DNA from: Ruminococcus flavefaciens
GTDB taxonomy: Bacteria > Bacillota > Clostridia > Oscillospirales > Ruminococcaceae
DNA length: 38,776 nt
Reading direction: 5' to 3'
Assembly: GCA_902780115.1 (NCBI GenBank)
Contig: CACZEJ010000001.1
Coordinates: forward strand, 1 to 38,776
Position 1 is the stretch's first letter. Each line of letters opens with the position of its first letter. Shown here piece after piece: positions 36,246 to 38,776 of the stretch. Under the pieces are notes generated by a model. That model saw nothing but the letters and a program-made list of their open reading frames with translations, did not search any database and was not told the DNA's origin. A program made the position numbers and the translations under genes.

Positions 36246-36290
36246 AATGTCCTCCTGAATTATTATTTGAGCGCAAAGGGCTCATATTCA

Positions 36291-37520
36291 TCAAAGATTC
36301 ACTGCGGCGGTATATGCTGTGGAGAAGGCTATCTGCAAATTGAAGCCGCCTGTGTAGGCATCTACGTCGATGACCTCGCCTGCGAAGAAAAGTCCGCTCA
36401 CAAGCTTTGACTCCATAGTTTTTGGGTTTATCTCCTTTGTGGAGATGCCGCCGCTGGTGATTATCGCTTCGTCGATCGGTCTGAATCCCGATATCCTTAC
36501 GGGGAAGGCTTTTATGAGATCACCGAATCTTCGGCGCTGTTCCTTGGTGATGCCGTTTATTTTCTGTTCGGGAGCGATGCCCGACATTTTTACGATAACG
36601 GGGATAAGCTTTGCAGGGAGCAGCTTCCTGATGCCGTTCTGGAAGTCACGGTTGAGATTTTCGGCGAAATCACGCTGTATCCTTGCGTCGAGCTGTTCGG
36701 GGGAGAGTGCAGGTTTCAGGTCTATTATGAGCTTGCAGCGGTCAGGCTTCATATCGCGGATATGGGAGCTTGCACTGAGCACGAGGGGACCCGAGACACC
36801 GAAGTGAGTGAACAGCATCTCACCCATTTCCTTGTATATCAGCTTGTCTCCGTCCATAAGGCTCACAGTGACATTGCGGAGCGAAAGTCCCATCATCTCG
36901 GCGCAGAACTTATCGGGAGAGGTCAGCGGCACAAGACTTGGTTTCAGCTCGGTGACTGTATGCCCGAGAGCCTCTGCCAGTGTGTAGCCGTCGCCCGTAG
37001 AGCCTGTAGCAGGGTAGGACTTTCCGCCGCAGGCTATAAGCACCGAGTTTGCGCGGTATTCCTCACCGCCAGCCTTTACGCCGCATACTGCACCGTTCTC
37101 GGTGAGTATCTTCGTGACGCGCTTGCCTATGACCTTAACGCCTATCTTTTTCATCTCCCGTGCGAGAGCGTCAGCGATATCATTTGCGTTGTCGCTCACG
37201 GGAAATACTCTGTTTCCGCGTTCGGTTTTCAGCGGTACGCCCAGCTCTTCAAAGAAGCTCATAGTGCAGTCAGCGTCGAAGTTCGCAAAGGAGCTGTAGA
37301 GAAAGCGCGGATTCACAGGGATATTCTTCATGTGCTCCTCGGTGGAGCTGTTATTGGTGACGTTGCAGCGTCCCTTGCCTGTTATTCGGAGCTTTCTGCC
37401 CAGCTTTTCATTTTTCTCGAAAAGCAGCACCGACTTGCCGAAACGTGCTGCATGGACGGCAGCGAAGCAGCCTGCCGCTCCGCCTCCTATAATAATAGTA
37501 TCAGTCATATTTATCTCCAT
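36291..37520 (-). CDS. HI0933/YhiN (BaiN-like) NAD(P)/FAD-dependent flavoprotein
   Basis: GGGAAG, GRKL.ITGKGRCNVTN, GGKSYP.TGSTGDGY, LFTHFG.SGP, YTGGFNLQ; true start may be ATG 37508 (GGAG RBS). Confidence 0.93.
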   Translation of the reverse strand: MEINMTDTIIIGGGAAGCFAAVHAARFGKSVLLFEKNEKLGRKLRITGKGRCNVTNNSSTEEHMKNIPVNPRFLYSSFANFDADCTMSFFEELGVPLKTERGNRVFPVSDNANDIADALAREMKKIGVKVIGKRVTKILTENGAVCGVKAGGEEYRANSVLIACGGKSYPATGSTGDGYTLAEALGHTVTELKPSLVPLTSPDKFCAEMMGLSLRNVTVSLMDGDKLIYKEMGEMLFTHFGVSGPLVLSASSHIRDMKPDRCKLIIDLKPALSPEQLDARIQRDFAENLNRDFQNGIRKLLPAKLIPVIVKMSGIAPEQKINGITKEQRRRFGDLIKAFPVRISGFRPIDEAIITSGGISTKEINPKTMESKLVSGLFFAGEVIDVDAYTGGFNLQIAFSTAYTAAVNL

Positions 37521-37734
37521 TGGCCTGCGGTCTGCGAATGAGCTTTTTCAGCTTTTCATGTACTGCCGAACGCCTTTCAGCCGCAGCCTTCTTATCAACG
37601 GTATATCTGCCGTCAGCGAATACGAGTATATCGCCTTCGGCGGCTTCTTTCGGGAGCTGTTCGCGCCTGAGCGTCACCGTGCCGCTTTCGGTCTCGATAA
37701 CGGCGAGACTGCCCTCAAATCTGTCGATCACCAT
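37501..37734 (-). CDS. DUF3006 family protein
   Basis: VIDRFEG..AV.E...LP..A.EGD; typical partner downstream of ComEC-like MBL genes. Confidence 0.85.
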   Translation of the reverse strand: MVIDRFEGSLAVIETESGTVTLRREQLPKEAAEGDILVFADGRYTVDKKAAAERRSAVHEKLKKLIRRPQANGDKYD

Positions 37735-37740
37735 AGTCCG

Positions 37741-38745
37741 TCAGCTCCTTTCAGTGGTCACATTCAGCGTATCACCGTCGGATTCCACGATGATATTTCC
37801 GCGCATATCGGTGCGGAACACCTGCTTAGTGTACTTGCGGATACGCTTTAAAGTGCTGCCGGCAGGGTGACCGTAGGGATTTTCTCTGCCGCATGAGATG
37901 ACCGCGATATCGGGACGGATAACGTCAAGGAGCTCCTTTCCCGATGAGTAGGCGCTGCCGTGATGACCTGCCTTGTAAAGATTTACTTTGCCGAGCCTTC
38001 CACCTTTCAGCATAGCCGCTTCGGACTCTGCCTCCGCGTCGCCTGTGAGCAGAAAAGAGTTCTTACCGTGGGTGAGCAGGAAGCTCACCGAGTAGTTGTT
38101 GATGTCGTCGTAACGGCTTCCGTCGGGAGCTGTTATCACGATATGAGCATCGCCGAGCTGTATCTCTCTGCCCACTGCGGCTTCCGATACGGTGACACCC
38201 GAATCGGCACAGCTGTCCAGAAAACGCTCATAGAACACGGTCGTGGGGAGCTGATCGTCGGGAATGTGGGGGATAATGACCTCGCCCACATCGAATGTAT
38301 TGATTATTGAGTACATTCCGCCCATATGATCGGAGTGAGGGTGAGTGGCTATGATATGATCGAGCCTGCTGACACCCAGCTGCGAAAGGTAGTTCGCAAC
38401 ATGATCGGAGTATTCGCCTTCGCCGCAGTCCACAAGCATAGTAGCACCGCTCTCGGCGATGAATGTGCAGTCTCCCTGTCCAACGTCTATGAAGTGCATG
38501 ACCAGCTTGTCTTCAACAGGAAATGTGGGCTTGGGCTTGAGAAAATCCTTCCATACGATGAACAGTATCGTTCCGATAACGATCAGGGAACAGATGAGCT
38601 TCAGTGCTTTTTCTTTCCGTGCGGCGCGTTCTTTTTCACGCTTTTCGGCGAGTTCCCGAAGGTATTGTTTTTGCTGCGCGGTGAGTTTGTATTTCTCTCC
38701 TGCGGCCTTGACGAAGCTTTCCGTGTCTTTGAAGTATTTTGCCAC
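37741..38745 (-). CDS. ComEC/Rec2-type metallo-beta-lactamase fold hydrolase (membrane anchored)
   Basis: HFIDVGQGD, THPHSDHMGG, LLTGDAE, GHHGS, ISCG..N.YGHP, RTD..G; one TM; GTG start. Confidence 0.92.
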   Translation of the reverse strand: MAKYFKDTESFVKAAGEKYKLTAQQKQYLRELAEKREKERAARKEKALKLICSLIVIGTILFIVWKDFLKPKPTFPVEDKLVMHFIDVGQGDCTFIAESGATMLVDCGEGEYSDHVANYLSQLGVSRLDHIIATHPHSDHMGGMYSIINTFDVGEVIIPHIPDDQLPTTVFYERFLDSCADSGVTVSEAAVGREIQLGDAHIVITAPDGSRYDDINNYSVSFLLTHGKNSFLLTGDAEAESEAAMLKGGRLGKVNLYKAGHHGSAYSSGKELLDVIRPDIAVISCGRENPYGHPAGSTLKRIRKYTKQVFRTDMRGNIIVESDGDTLNVTTERS

Positions 38746-38776
38746 GACTTGTCACCGCCTTTTCGGGGAGTATTGC

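Overview
Chromosomal segment of a cellulosome-producing Ruminococcus (R. flavefaciens-like, inferred from the two 'ANPxKYGLNG..HIT..G..NADV' dockerins). It holds about 31 protein-coding genes: transporters, an ABC-F ATPase, a sirtuin/yjbQ/nth operon, a dockerin-bearing CBM35-GH26 mannanase, an ECF sigma factor with a membrane beta-propeller partner, a sugar-binding/degenerate-GGDEF/AraC hybrid regulator, GH25-manA-glucokinase, hpt-purine permease-Zn-PLC-like, a dockerin-bearing CE8-PL1 pectinase, two paralogous lipoproteins, and an MBL-fold/DUF3006/flavoprotein/plsC/ispH-rpsA operon. I found no rRNA, tRNA, CRISPR array, transposase or integrase. The most interesting signals are non-coding. (1) A ~190-208 bp MITE occurs twice, plus a decayed copy; each intact copy sits at an intrinsic terminator and is flanked by a 26-27 bp duplication of the whole hairpin. 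(2) At ~20.0-21.6 kb two unrelated small genes each lie between related inverted repeats (AAATC[A/G]GAAT core) and behind near-identical copies of a perfect TTGACA-17-TATAAT promoter, interspersed with GTAG-type REP hairpins; this looks like a gene-cassette capture and expression site. (3) A promoter, UP-like tract and strong RBS are embedded in the ispH half of the ispH-rpsA fusion and could produce stand-alone S1. All functional calls come from motif recognition by eye; no database searches were run.
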